Shown: one piece after another, positions 19,050 through 29,044 of the stretch
Layout of the letters: the number at the start of each line of letters is the position of its first letter
Position numbering within the stretch: the stretch's first letter is position 1
Assembly (NCBI GenBank): GCA_019244185.1
Contig: JAFATB010000018.1
Location: 1-64,000, forward strand
From: Acidobacteriota bacterium
GTDB taxonomy: Bacteria; Acidobacteriota; Thermoanaerobaculia; Gp7-AA8
Direction: 5' to 3'
Length of the DNA stretch: 64,000 nucleotides
Notes under the pieces: generated by a model
Database searches by the model: none
The model's input: only the letters and a program-made list of their open reading frames with translations
What the model was told of the DNA's origin: nothing
Position numbers and translations under genes: made by a program

Positions 19050-22000
19050 TTGAAGCCGCTGCGCATGCTGTTGTTTGAAAACGACTCCGTCGCCCAGCGG
19101 GCGCACGAGGAGATGCGACGCGCGGGCATCGAGTTCATGGAGCGCGACTGCCGCGACCACGAGGTCGATACGTTGCGAAGCACGGCGGAGCGTTACCGCC
19201 GCACGCTCGAGAATGCGCCGATCGGCATCGCCGAGGTGGCCGCGGACGGGCGCATCGCGATGGCGAACGCGCAGTTCCGCGCGCTCCTCGGGCGGAGCGC
19301 CGACGAGATCGTCGGGCATCACTTCACGGAGTTCCTCGCGCCCGCCGACGTCGCGACGGCCCTGGAAGCGTTCCAAGCCGCGGTCGATGGCTGGACTCCG
19401 CTGCCCTACCAGCGCCAGTACATCCGTCCCGACGGCACGGTGTCGCGCGGCGAAGTGGCGCTCTCGCCGGCGATGAACGTGGAAGGGAACGACGGCACGG
19501 TCATCGTGCTCGTCAAGGACGTCACGGAGCGCTTCGCGTTCGAAGAGGAACTGCGCATCCGCAAGCAGCAGCTCGACGACGCGCAGCAGACGGCCAACAT
19601 CGGCAGCTGGCAGCGCGACTTCGTCACCGGCCGCATCACCTGGTCCGACAACCTGATGCGGATGTACGGCTTCACGTCCGGCGATCAACTCGAGCCCGAG
19701 ATGCTGTACGAGATGGTGCATCCCGACGATCGCGAGCGCGTGCGCGTGACGATCGAGGATGCGTTCGGGTCGCGCTCGCCGTTTTCGGTGCAGTTCCGCG
19801 TCACGCTCGCCGACGGCGCGCTGCATACGCTGCAGGCCGTGGGACGGATGACCGTCGATCCGGAAGGACGGCCGCAGCGCATTTCCGGCATTCTGCAGGA
19901 CATCACCGCGCGCGTCGCCGGCGAGGAAGAGCTGCGCCGCGTGGCCGTGCAGCAGGCCGCGGTGGCGAACCTCAGCCAGATCGCGCTCATCGGCGCCTCG
20001 CTCGAGAGCCTCTTCAAGGAGGTCTCCGGCCTCGTCTGCAGCGTGCTCAATCTCGATCTCTGCGAGGTGTTGCAGAAGGACGGCGACGGCTTCGTGATCG
20101 TCGACGGCTGCGGCTGGCACGAGGGGACCATCGGACGGCGGAAGGTGCGCGGCGCCCGCGGCTCGCAGGCGTCGTTCACGCTCGAGCACGGGCAGCCGGT
20201 GGTCGTGGCGGACATCGCGCACGAGACGCGCTTTCAGCCGTCGGACGTGCTGCTCGAACATAGCGTCGTCAGCGGCGTCACGGTCCCGATCGCGACGGCC
20301 GACGGCGTGCCGTGGGGCGTCCTCGGCGCGCACGCGACCACGCGCCGCTTCTTCACGACGACGGACGTCGACTTTCTCCGTTCCGTCGCCGGCGTGCTCG
20401 GCCAGGCCATCGAACGAGCGCGCGTCGACGCGGAAGTGCGCGCGCGTGCCGCGCAGCAGAGCGCCATCGCGGAGCTCGGGCGCATGACGCTCAGCCGCCT
20501 CGACGACGAAACGCTCGACCGCGCGTGCAACCTGCTCGCGCGCGGCCTCGGCATCGACTACTGCGTCTACGCGGAGCTCGACGAGGAACAGCGCGTGGTG
20601 CGCGCCACCGCGGGACGCTGGAGCGGCCGGCCGCCGGTCGTGCGCGAAGTCGCGCCAGACACGCAGGCGGGCCTCTGCATCCTCACCGGCAAGCCGGTGC
20701 TCGTCGACGACTACGCGACGGAGACGCGGTTCCGCGCGGTGCGCGAGGCGATCGAGCTCGGCCTCGTCAGCGCCGCGACGATTCCGGTTGCCAGCGCGAC
20801 GCGTACGCACGGCGTGCTCGCCGCGCAGTCGCGCACGCGCCGCCGCTTCACGGACGCCGATCTCGACTACCTCGCCTCCGCCGCGAACCTGCTGGCCGAG
20901 GCGATGGAACGCGAGGCCGCGCGCCGCGCGCTCGTCGATTCCGAGGAGCGCTTCCGCAGCGTCGTCGAAGGCGCGACGGAGATCATCTTCACCGTCGGCG
21001 TCGACGGCACGATCGTGTCGCTGAATCCCGCGTTCGAAGCGATCACCGGTGCGCCCGTCGCGCAGTGGGTCGGACGTCACTTCATGGAGCTGATCGAGCC
21101 GGCCGACCGCCGGCGGACGCTCGGCATCTGCGAGACGATGCTCGAGACTCTCGCACCGGCGCAGCTCGAGGTGACGCTCGCCCTGGAGAACGGACGCCAC
21201 GTTCTGCTCGACGTGTCGACGTTCCCGCGCGTGAAGAACGGCGCGATGGTGGAGCTGTACGGCTTCGCGCGCGACATCACGGAGGCGCGCCGCGCCGAAG
21301 CGGAACGGCAGGAGCTGACGCGCAGCCTGCAGATGCTGCTGCAGTCGACGGTGGAAGGCATCTACACGATCGATCCGCAGGGCGTCTGCACGATGGTCAA
21401 CGCGGCGGCGGTGCGCATGTTCGGGCGCAGCGCCAGGGAGCTCGTCGGCCGCAACGTGCACGAGCTCGTGCACGCGAGGTACGCGGACGGCACACCGCAT
21501 CCCGAGAGCGACTGCCCGATCTTCCACATCGTGAAGGGTGGCGAGGCTACGATCGCGAGCGACGTCTTCTGGCGCGCGGACGGCACGGCCATGCCGGTCG
21601 ATTACTCCGCCGCGCCGATTCTCGATGAAGGCGTCGTCGTCGGCGCGGTCGTCGCGTTCACCGACGCCACCGAGCGGCGCAAGCTCGAGCTCAAGCTCGA
21701 ACAGGCCGATCGTCTCTCGAGCCTCGGCCGTCTCGCCGCGACGATCGCGCATGAGTTCAACAACGTGCTGATGGGCATCTCGCCGTTCGTCGAGGTGATC
21801 CGCCGCCGCCCCGAGCGCGCGGAGTTCGCGCTCGATCAGGTCGGACGCGCGGTCAAGCGCGGCAAGCGCATCACCGAGGACATCCTGCGCTTCACGCAAC
21901 CCGCGGCGCCGGCGCGCAGCGTCTTCGCCGTCGAGCCGTGGCTGCAGACCGTGCTCGCGGAAGCGCGCACACTGCTGCCGCCGGAATGCACGCTCGTGCT

Positions 22001-22820
22001 CGAGCCGCCGGACGCATCGCTGCAGGCGGACGCCGACTCGAATCAACTGCACCAGATCTTCACGAACCTGCTGCTCAACGCGCGCGACGCGATGCCGGGC
22101 GGCGGACAGATCACGCTCTCCGCGCGGCGCGAGCCGGCCGGCGCGCGCTTTCCCTTCGGCGTGGTCGCACAGCCCGAGCGCTTCGTGCACTTCGCGCTCG
22201 CCGACACCGGCAGCGGCATGCCGCCGGAAACGCTGCGGCACATCTTCGAGCCGCTCTTCACGACGAAGCCGAGCGGCACGGGCCTCGGCCTCACGGTCAC
22301 GCATCAGGTGGTGCATCGCCATGGCGGCGAGATCTTCGTGGAAAGCGAGCCGTCGCGCGGCACGACGTTCCACATCTTCATTCCGCTCGCGGAGGCGACG
22401 GCTGAAGCGGAGATGCCGGCCGCTCCGGAGCCCGCGCGCGAACGGCGGCGCAACGTGCACGTGCTGCTCGTCGAGGACGACATCACGGTCGGCTCGGGAC
22501 TGGTGTCGCTGCTCACGCTCGAAGGTCTCGAGGTCGATCTCGTCGGCACCGGCCACAGCGCCATCGACTATCTGTCGAAGAAACGTCCCGACGTCGTGGT
22601 GCTCGACGTCGGACTGCCCGATCTCGACGGCACGAAGGTCTACGAGATCATCGCCTCGATGCACCCGACGCTGCCGGTGGTGTTCTCGACGGGACATGCC
22701 GACCGCGCGCGCATCGACGACCTCGCGGAGCTCGACCGCAGCCACGTCTCCTACCTGCTCAAGCCGTACGACGCGGTGGCGCTGCTCGACACGATTGCGA
22801 GCGTCATGAATTTTTCCTGA
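19050..22820 (+). CDS. Hybrid sensor histidine kinase (PAS-PAS-GAF-GAF-PAS-PAS-HisKA-HATPase-REC)
   Basis: IAHEFNNVL, NLLLNARDA, DTGSG, FTTKPSGTGLGL and C-terminal REC LLVEDD. TTG 19050 follows GGAGGGG; the start is uncertain. Confidence 0.9.
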   Translation: MKPLRMLLFENDSVAQRAHEEMRRAGIEFMERDCRDHEVDTLRSTAERYRRTLENAPIGIAEVAADGRIAMANAQFRALLGRSADEIVGHHFTEFLAPADVATALEAFQAAVDGWTPLPYQRQYIRPDGTVSRGEVALSPAMNVEGNDGTVIVLVKDVTERFAFEEELRIRKQQLDDAQQTANIGSWQRDFVTGRITWSDNLMRMYGFTSGDQLEPEMLYEMVHPDDRERVRVTIEDAFGSRSPFSVQFRVTLADGALHTLQAVGRMTVDPEGRPQRISGILQDITARVAGEEELRRVAVQQAAVANLSQIALIGASLESLFKEVSGLVCSVLNLDLCEVLQKDGDGFVIVDGCGWHEGTIGRRKVRGARGSQASFTLEHGQPVVVADIAHETRFQPSDVLLEHSVVSGVTVPIATADGVPWGVLGAHATTRRFFTTTDVDFLRSVAGVLGQAIERARVDAEVRARAAQQSAIAELGRMTLSRLDDETLDRACNLLARGLGIDYCVYAELDEEQRVVRATAGRWSGRPPVVREVAPDTQAGLCILTGKPVLVDDYATETRFRAVREAIELGLVSAATIPVASATRTHGVLAAQSRTRRRFTDADLDYLASAANLLAEAMEREAARRALVDSEERFRSVVEGATEIIFTVGVDGTIVSLNPAFEAITGAPVAQWVGRHFMELIEPADRRRTLGICETMLETLAPAQLEVTLALENGRHVLLDVSTFPRVKNGAMVELYGFARDITEARRAEAERQELTRSLQMLLQSTVEGIYTIDPQGVCTMVNAAAVRMFGRSARELVGRNVHELVHARYADGTPHPESDCPIFHIVKGGEATIASDVFWRADGTAMPVDYSAAPILDEGVVVGAVVAFTDATERRKLELKLEQADRLSSLGRLAATIAHEFNNVLMGISPFVEVIRRRPERAEFALDQVGRAVKRGKRITEDILRFTQPAAPARSVFAVEPWLQTVLAEARTLLPPECTLVLEPPDASLQADADSNQLHQIFTNLLLNARDAMPGGGQITLSARREPAGARFPFGVVAQPERFVHFALADTGSGMPPETLRHIFEPLFTTKPSGTGLGLTVTHQVVHRHGGEIFVESEPSRGTTFHIFIPLAEATAEAEMPAAPEPARERRRNVHVLLVEDDITVGSGLVSLLTLEGLEVDLVGTGHSAIDYLSKKRPDVVVLDVGLPDLDGTKVYEIIASMHPTLPVVFSTGHADRARIDDLAELDRSHVSYLLKPYDAVALLDTIASVMNFS

Positions 22821-22901
22821 GCCCCTGTATTTTTTCCGCGCTCCCGCGGACTGAAACGACGAACGAAGCAAAAAACGAAAGAGAAAAAGGGAGATAGGAA
22901 A

Positions 22902-23423
22902 ATGAAGAAACTGTTCGTTGTTTTCGCCGCCGCCGCCACGCTGACGATCGCCACGACCGCGTCCGCCGACACCAGCAGCGGCACGCTCACGGTCACCGGC
23001 ACCGTGGAGAGCTCGATCAGCCTCACCGTGGAATCCGCGGGCGGCACGACCAGCGGCACCGGCACGGCGTCGGCTACGTCCGCGCTCGGCAGCATCAGCA
23101 AGTACAGCTCGGCGCCGACCGGCTTCTCGCTCGCGCGCGGCGCGTCGAACTGGACGCTCAGCTCGACGGTCGGCGTGAAGGTCAACAAGGCCAACCTCAC
23201 CAGCACCGACTACACGCTCGAAGCGCAGCTCGGCTCCGCGCCGGCCTCGGGTATCACCTGGAAGCTCAACGGCTCGACGCTCAGCGACTCCGCCGCCACG
23301 ACGCTCACGTCGACCGGCACGTACGGCTCGACCGGCTCCTACAGCTGGGACATCGTGGTCGCCGACTCGGCCGCCGCGGCCGCGATCGACAACTCCATCA
23401 GCTTCACTGCCACCTCGAACTAA
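22902..23423 (+). CDS. Secreted Ser/Thr-rich beta-strand protein, putative major pilin (Csu/spore-coat-U-like)
   Basis: Signal peptide; N-terminal alternating strand SGTLTVTGTVESSISLTV; C-terminal strand NSISFTATSN; purine-rich leader with SD; first gene of the cluster. Confidence 0.6.
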   Translation: MKKLFVVFAAAATLTIATTASADTSSGTLTVTGTVESSISLTVESAGGTTSGTGTASATSALGSISKYSSAPTGFSLARGASNWTLSSTVGVKVNKANLTSTDYTLEAQLGSAPASGITWKLNGSTLSDSAATTLTSTGTYGSTGSYSWDIVVADSAAAAAIDNSISFTATSN

Positions 23424-23459
23424 GTCGCAATGAAGCGCGCCTGAGTTCCGAGGCCCGCC

Positions 23460-23900
23460 ATGCGGTACGTCCTCACCATCGCGATGCTTGCGACCCTCAT
23501 GCAGCCGCTCTATGCCGGAGGTCGCCGCCGTGCGGCGGCGACCTCGCCCTCCGTGCGCGAGGAAGTGTCGATCACGTTCATCGGCGTGACGGGCGGCGGG
23601 CGCGAGGCGCTGATGGACGCGGGACGGATCGCGCAGTTCCGCACCCGCCGCGTGTTCGGCATCCGGCTCGATGCGCCGGGGAAGACCGGCACCGCGACGC
23701 TTCGCGCGTACCTCGAGTCGTTCGATGGACGCGCGACGGTGCGCGTCGACGGCAAGACGCTCGGCCTCGCACCGATCGTCATCGACGCGCAGGCGCCGCT
23801 CGGCGGCGTGACGATGCATACGCTCGAAATTGAAATTCCGCCCACCGTTCCCGAAGGCGCGTTCGCCAGCGCGGTGCGGTGGGAAGTCACCACCAACTGA
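23460..23900 (+). CDS. Secreted beta-rich protein, putative minor pilin
   Basis: Signal peptide; ends FASAVRWEVTTN, similar to the preceding gene's terminal strand. Confidence 0.55.
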   Translation: MRYVLTIAMLATLMQPLYAGGRRRAAATSPSVREEVSITFIGVTGGGREALMDAGRIAQFRTRRVFGIRLDAPGKTGTATLRAYLESFDGRATVRVDGKTLGLAPIVIDAQAPLGGVTMHTLEIEIPPTVPEGAFASAVRWEVTTN

Positions 23901-23910
23901 GCCACCGACC

Positions 23911-24669
23911 ATGAAACGAATGATTCTCTTCTCGACGCTGGTTTTCGCGCGCCACCTCTTCGCAGGCGACGGCGCGGTCTCGCTCTCGCCCGCGGTGATC
24001 ATCCTGCGCGGCGAAACGGGACAGAGCACGACGCAGACGCTGCTCCTGCGCAACGGCACCTCGCGCGCGCTCTCGTTCGAAGTCTCCGCGGAAGACGTCG
24101 TCGTCCGCGACGGCAAACGCGCCTTCGTCCCCGCCGGCTCGATCGCCGCGAGCGTGGCCGCTACCGCGGTGTTCTCCGAGAAGCGCTTCACCGTTGCGCC
24201 GGGCGAGGCGGCGCCGGTGACGATCACCGTCACCATTCCGCCGAACGCCGCCACCCGCGCCGTCGTGGCGCGCTTCCGCGGTCTCGACGTCATCCACAAC
24301 GGCGCCGTCGGCGCGACCGCCTCGCTCGGCGCGCTGCTGACGTTCGCGCTTTCCGACGACGTGGCCATGACGCCGCGGCCGCTCGTCGTGCAGCCGCAGA
24401 CCGCGACGTCGAGCCTCACCGTCGCGCAGACCTGCACGAACTCCGGACGCGAGCCGCTCGTCGCCAAAGGCATCGTGGCCGTCATCGGCGCCGACGGACG
24501 TCTCGCCGGCAAAGCCTCGCTCATGCCGCATCGCCTGCTGCCCGGCGAGGAAGCGCAGTTCAACACCGAGTACGCCGCCGAGCTCGCGCCCGGCCGCTAC
24601 CGCGTGCTCGTCACGTACGACTACGAAGGCCACGCGTTGACGCAGTCGGCGGACGTGGAGGTTCGATGA
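23911..24669 (+). CDS. Putative PapD-like periplasmic pilus chaperone
   Basis: Signal peptide then VSLSPAVI..LRN..FTVAPGE; second Ig-like domain N.G...LLPGE...LAPGRYRV. Confidence 0.6.
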   Translation: MKRMILFSTLVFARHLFAGDGAVSLSPAVIILRGETGQSTTQTLLLRNGTSRALSFEVSAEDVVVRDGKRAFVPAGSIAASVAATAVFSEKRFTVAPGEAAPVTITVTIPPNAATRAVVARFRGLDVIHNGAVGATASLGALLTFALSDDVAMTPRPLVVQPQTATSSLTVAQTCTNSGREPLVAKGIVAVIGADGRLAGKASLMPHRLLPGEEAQFNTEYAAELAPGRYRVLVTYDYEGHALTQSADVEVR

Positions 24670-27542
24670 TCGCCGCGCGGGCGCGGGTCTCATCGGCATC
24701 GCGAGCACGGCTCGCGGTGCTGATGCTCGCGCTCGCGCTGACGCTGGCCGCCTCCGCGCAGGCGCCGCGCGCGTTCACCGTTGCGGTGCACGACACGCTG
24801 TCGTTTCAGGTGATCGGCGCGACGTCGGCGTACGCCATTGACGCGAACATCGCCGACGCCTCCGCGTCGAACGGCACGATCACGATCTACGGCCGCAGCG
24901 CGGGACGCACGCAGCTGGTCGTCATCAGCATGACCGGCCAGTCGACGTTCGCGCTCGTCGTCGAGCCGCAACGCAACGCCGCGCAAGCGGCCGCGGATGC
25001 GAACCGCGGCAGCGCCGGACACGTGGAGTCGCGCTACGCGAGCGCGGGACGCCAGCTGCAAAACACCGTGCACCTCGAGCGCGTGACCGCGAAGCAGCGC
25101 ACCGAGCTTCATCTCGAGCACATTCAGTACGGCGCCGCGGAAGGCACTCGCGCGTCGTCGTCGATTCCGTCGGCGTCGTATCGCATCTTCACGAAAGACC
25201 GCGAGCTGACGTTCCTCGACCGTCAGGTCGATCATTCGCCGCTCACCGTCTCGTCGATGACGATCCGCGGCGCGCACTACCTCGACGAGCACTGGCGCTT
25301 CCACGCCGGCTACACCGCGTACACGCTCTTCCAGTCGTTCCTGCTGCCCGCCGACCGGCGCACCGTGATCGGCGCCGCGTACGTCGAGTCGCTCGGCCCG
25401 CACGCGCGCATCACGCCCGGGATCTTCGCGTATCGCGACGGACAAACGGCATCGATGCTCTACGACTACGACCTCGGCGAGCGCCTCTCCGCGCGCGCGG
25501 AGCTCGGCCTGAGCCATACGCGCTCCTTTAGCGCCGGCGCCGCCGCGCAGCTCGCGTACGCGGACGACCGCGACCGCGTGCACGTCGATCTGCGCTACCG
25601 CCCGCGCGAGTTCGCGACGCCGATGCCGAGCGATCCGCGCGGCCTCTTCGCCGACACCGCGTGGACGCGCACGTTCCGCGACGGTTCGTCGCTCGACGCG
25701 GCGTTCTCGTCGTCCGACTTCGATCTGCCGAATCTCCGCCAGCGCACCCGCACCGCGAACGTGAACGCGCGCGTACGTCTCACCGACACGCTCGCGCTCC
25801 TCGGCGGCGCGAGCTACGGCTCGTTCGACTCCGCGAGCAGCGTCACGATTCCGCTCGGCCTCGCCTACGACCGTCCGCGTTTCGGTGTGACGGCCCTCGC
25901 GCGCTGGGCCGAGGCGTCGACAACGAACGAGGGAGGCCTCGGCTATCGCATCGCCGCGCGCGCGTCGCTCGGCCGCGTCTTCGCCAGTACGTATGTTGAC
26001 TATCAGCGGCAGGCGCCGACGCTGGCGCTGATCTTCCGCGAGGAGCCCGATCTCGCGCTCGCGCTCGCGCAGCTCGGCATCACCGCGACCACGCCCGCCG
26101 ACATCGCCCGCGCACTGCGCGAGAACGCCGTGCTGTTCGAGCTCGGCTACATCGAAGGCGTCACCGTCGATCTCGCCCCCGCGCGCACGCAGGCCGGCTT
26201 CGAGCTGGCGTGGCTCGGCGCGGGTCCCGCGCGTCCGCAAGTGCGCGCGCGGCTGCTGTTCAACCGCCTCGAGAGCGTCGGCAACGCGACGGACACGGTG
26301 ATCGCGACGATCAGCGCCTCGCGCCGTCTGACCGAGGCGGCGGATGTCTACGCGTCGTACTCGTGGTGGAAGACCGCGCGGCGCGGCGAAGAACCGATGG
26401 TCGAGCCGCTGGTGGAAGCCGGCGTGCGCTACCGCTTCGACGAGCTGCCGTCGTTCGGCGCGCACGGCTCGATCCGCGGCGCGGTGTACGTCGACGAGAA
26501 CCTCGATGGCGTGCCCGACGGCACCGGCGTCGCGGAAGCGCAGATCGACGTCGACGGCACGCCGCGCGCGCGCACGAGCGCGGATGGCTCGTTCACTGTC
26601 GGCGGCCTCACCAGCGGCACGCACCGCGTGGTCGCGCGCGTGCCGCGTGACGCGAACGCGTACTTCACGACGCCGTCACGCGTCGAGGCGAGCTCCGGCG
26701 ACACGCTGCATTTCGGCGTCGCGTTCACGCCCGCGCGCGTCTTCGGACGCGTGACGAGCGACGCGGGCGAAGGTCTCGTCGCGAAGGTCGCGCTCGCGCA
26801 GGGCAGCGCGCGTTTCGAGGCGCAGACTGCAAGCGACGGCTCGTTCACCATCGCCGCGCCTCCGGGCGAATGGGAGCTCTCCGTCGATCCGCTGTCGCTC
26901 CCCGCCGGCTACTCGTCCGTCGAAGCGCGCAGCGTGCGGCTCGCGCGCGAGACGCCGCGCACGGAGACGTTCACGATCCGCGCGAATCGCAGCATCAGCG
27001 GTCGCGCGCCCGCGGGCGTCGCGTCGATCGTCGTCGAGCCGCTCGGGAAGACGGTGCCGGTCGATGCGGAAGGTCACTTCGCGATCCGCTCGCTGCCCGC
27101 GGGCGAGGTCACGCTGCGCGCGCGCTTCGGCTCGCACGAGCTCACGCGCCGCGTCACGCTGCCGCGCGAGCCGGCGTCGCTGACGGAGATCGCGCTCGGC
27201 GACGCGCGCGAGAACGTTGCCGTCGCCGCGAACGCGCGCGTGATTTTCGCCGTCGCGCATGCGAACGCGTCGCCGGCTGCGAGCGTGGCTGCGAACACGC
27301 CGCCTGCGAGCGCGCCGCGCGACGGCCGCTTCGTCGTGCAGCTCGGCACGTTCCGCGTGCATGCGAACGCCGTCGACGCCGTCGTGCAGGCGCGTCGCAA
27401 CGGCGTCGAGGCGAACGTCATCACCGGCGCGCAGTACACGGTCGTCCGCACCGCGCCGTTCGCCACGCGGAGTGATGCGAACGCTGTCAGCGCGCAGCTG
27501 ACGCACGCCGGGCTCGAGGCGATCGTCCTGCCGCTGCGCTGA
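24666..27542 (+). CDS. Putative usher-like outer-membrane protein with carboxypeptidase-regulatory/SdrD-like Ig domains and a C-terminal SPOR domain
   Basis: Signal peptide; ITIYGRSAGRTQLVV (pilus-assembly N-terminal-like); long amphipathic beta region; IRGAVYVDENLDG; terminal FVVQLGTF...VVRTAPFATRSDA (SPOR). Confidence 0.6.
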   Translation: MIAARARVSSASRARLAVLMLALALTLAASAQAPRAFTVAVHDTLSFQVIGATSAYAIDANIADASASNGTITIYGRSAGRTQLVVISMTGQSTFALVVEPQRNAAQAAADANRGSAGHVESRYASAGRQLQNTVHLERVTAKQRTELHLEHIQYGAAEGTRASSSIPSASYRIFTKDRELTFLDRQVDHSPLTVSSMTIRGAHYLDEHWRFHAGYTAYTLFQSFLLPADRRTVIGAAYVESLGPHARITPGIFAYRDGQTASMLYDYDLGERLSARAELGLSHTRSFSAGAAAQLAYADDRDRVHVDLRYRPREFATPMPSDPRGLFADTAWTRTFRDGSSLDAAFSSSDFDLPNLRQRTRTANVNARVRLTDTLALLGGASYGSFDSASSVTIPLGLAYDRPRFGVTALARWAEASTTNEGGLGYRIAARASLGRVFASTYVDYQRQAPTLALIFREEPDLALALAQLGITATTPADIARALRENAVLFELGYIEGVTVDLAPARTQAGFELAWLGAGPARPQVRARLLFNRLESVGNATDTVIATISASRRLTEAADVYASYSWWKTARRGEEPMVEPLVEAGVRYRFDELPSFGAHGSIRGAVYVDENLDGVPDGTGVAEAQIDVDGTPRARTSADGSFTVGGLTSGTHRVVARVPRDANAYFTTPSRVEASSGDTLHFGVAFTPARVFGRVTSDAGEGLVAKVALAQGSARFEAQTASDGSFTIAAPPGEWELSVDPLSLPAGYSSVEARSVRLARETPRTETFTIRANRSISGRAPAGVASIVVEPLGKTVPVDAEGHFAIRSLPAGEVTLRARFGSHELTRRVTLPREPASLTEIALGDARENVAVAANARVIFAVAHANASPAASVAANTPPASAPRDGRFVVQLGTFRVHANAVDAVVQARRNGVEANVITGAQYTVVRTAPFATRSDANAVSAQLTHAGLEAIVLPLR

Positions 27543-27703
27543 CTTTCGTCCGGAATCCGGACGCCTGTTCGCCGCCCGAACTCCCTCTCCGCGCGGGCAA
27601 ATCGCGTTAACCGTGTCAACACAACGACTTGCGCGCCGGCAGCCGTTGGCGGGTCCCTTGAACTAATGCCGTGCACAGCAAGAGAGTCCGAGAGGGTTTG
27701 AAC

Positions 27704-28537
27704 ATGAGCCGCATTCTGATCGTCGACGACGATCCCCATATCGCCGCCGCCGTGTCGGCACTGCTCGACGCGCACGATCTGCCCGCCCAAACGGTGTGGG
27801 ACGTCGCGTCCGCCGAGGAGCTGCTCGCGCGCGAGTTCTTTCCGGTCGTCCTCGCGGACGTCCGCCTGCGCACCGAAGACGAAGGCTTCCGCCTGCTCGA
27901 GGCGATCCGCCGCATCAGCCCCGCGTCGCGCGTGGCCAGCATGACCGGGCACTCGACACCCGATCTCGAGGCGCGGCTGCGCGAGCTCGGCGCGCGACTG
28001 GTCTTCCACAAGCCGGTCGACAACGACGTCCTCATCACCGCCGTGCGCGAGATGCTCGACGAGGTCGCGCGCGCCGGCAGCGAGCTCTCGGACGACGAGC
28101 TCGGCGCCGTCTACGAGTCGACGCGCGACATCATGCGCGGCATCGCCCGCCGCTATCACTTCAACTACGACGAATGCGACGAGCTCACGCACGAGGCGTG
28201 GTGCCTCTTCCTCGAGAAGCGCCGCGCCGTTCGCGCGCCACGCCCATGGCTCCTCGGCACGCTCTCGAATCTCTGCAAGCAGGAGATCGAGCGCCGCGTG
28301 CGCGAGCGTGAGACCCCGATGGACGTGCCGTCGACGGTCGAGCCGACGCTCGATACCACGCTCGTCGTCAACCAGGCGCTGGCGAAGCTCGACGACCGCT
28401 CGCGCGCGCTCTGCGAGCTGATCGGCCTCGAACAGCGTTCCTACGACGAGGTCACCGAGGCCCTCGGCCTGCCGCTCGGCTCCATCGGACCGCTCTACAT
28501 TCGCGCGAAGAAGCGTCTGCGCGCCGCGATCGGTTGA
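27704..28537 (+). CDS. Response-regulator receiver fused to an ECF-type sigma-70 factor
   Basis: MSRILIVDDD..LADVRL..FHKP (REC); DELTHEAW..PWLLGTLSNLC (sigma region 2); SYDEVTEALGLPLGSIGP..RAKKRLR (sigma region 4). Confidence 0.8.
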   Translation: MSRILIVDDDPHIAAAVSALLDAHDLPAQTVWDVASAEELLAREFFPVVLADVRLRTEDEGFRLLEAIRRISPASRVASMTGHSTPDLEARLRELGARLVFHKPVDNDVLITAVREMLDEVARAGSELSDDELGAVYESTRDIMRGIARRYHFNYDECDELTHEAWCLFLEKRRAVRAPRPWLLGTLSNLCKQEIERRVRERETPMDVPSTVEPTLDTTLVVNQALAKLDDRSRALCELIGLEQRSYDEVTEALGLPLGSIGPLYIRAKKRLRAAIG

Positions 28538-28576
28538 CGCGCGTTCCCCTCAGCGTTCCGGCCGGCTCACACGAGC

Positions 28577-28591
28577 CGGTACCATTGTTGC
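28577..28591 (+). promoter_or_regulatory. Putative sigma-54-like promoter of the DoxX gene
   Basis: CGGTACCATTGTTGC: GG and GC at -24/-12 spacing with TTGC. Confidence 0.4.
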
Positions 28592-28624
28592 CTCCGCCAT
28601 ACGTGCACGTTGAGGAGGATCGCT

Positions 28625-29044
28625 GTGGATCGTTATCTCGGACGCTATGCCCCGCATCTGTACGCCATTCTGCGCATCGTCGCCGGTCTGATGTTCGCCT
28701 TGCATGGAACGCAGAAGCTCTTCGGCTTCCCCGGATCGAAGCCGCCGGCCAGCGGCGCGCTGATGATGACCGGCGGCGTCATCGAATGTGTCGGCGGACT
28801 GCTCGTCGCGATCGGTCTCTTCGCGTCGTGGGCCGCGTTCATCGCCAGCGGCGAGATGGCGGTCGCATTCTTCAAAGCTCACTTCACCCCGGACAATCCG
28901 CTGCCGAACCTCAATCAAGGCGAGCTCGCGGTCGTGTACTGCTTCCTCTTCCTCTACATCGCGGCCGCGGGCGCGGGCGTGTGGAGCATCGACGCGATGC
29001 GGCGCGGCGGCGTCAGCGCGTCAGCTGGCGCAAGGCGGCCCTGA
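28625..29044 (+). CDS. DoxX family membrane protein
   Basis: GTG after GAGGAGG; LRIVAGLMFALHGTQKLFG..GEMAVAFF..GELAVVYC..GAGVWSID. Confidence 0.9.
   Translation: MDRYLGRYAPHLYAILRIVAGLMFALHGTQKLFGFPGSKPPASGALMMTGGVIECVGGLLVAIGLFASWAAFIASGEMAVAFFKAHFTPDNPLPNLNQGELAVVYCFLFLYIAAAGAGVWSIDAMRRGGVSASAGARRP

Noticed and set aside
18822-24566. 1914-aa minus-strand ORF
   Set aside because: Antisense to the hybrid kinase and pilus genes, which carry the recognisable motifs.
27211-27320. Recurrent GCGAAC (ANA) motifs in the usher-like gene
   Set aside because: Low-complexity Ala-rich linker before the SPOR domain, not a discrete repeat element.
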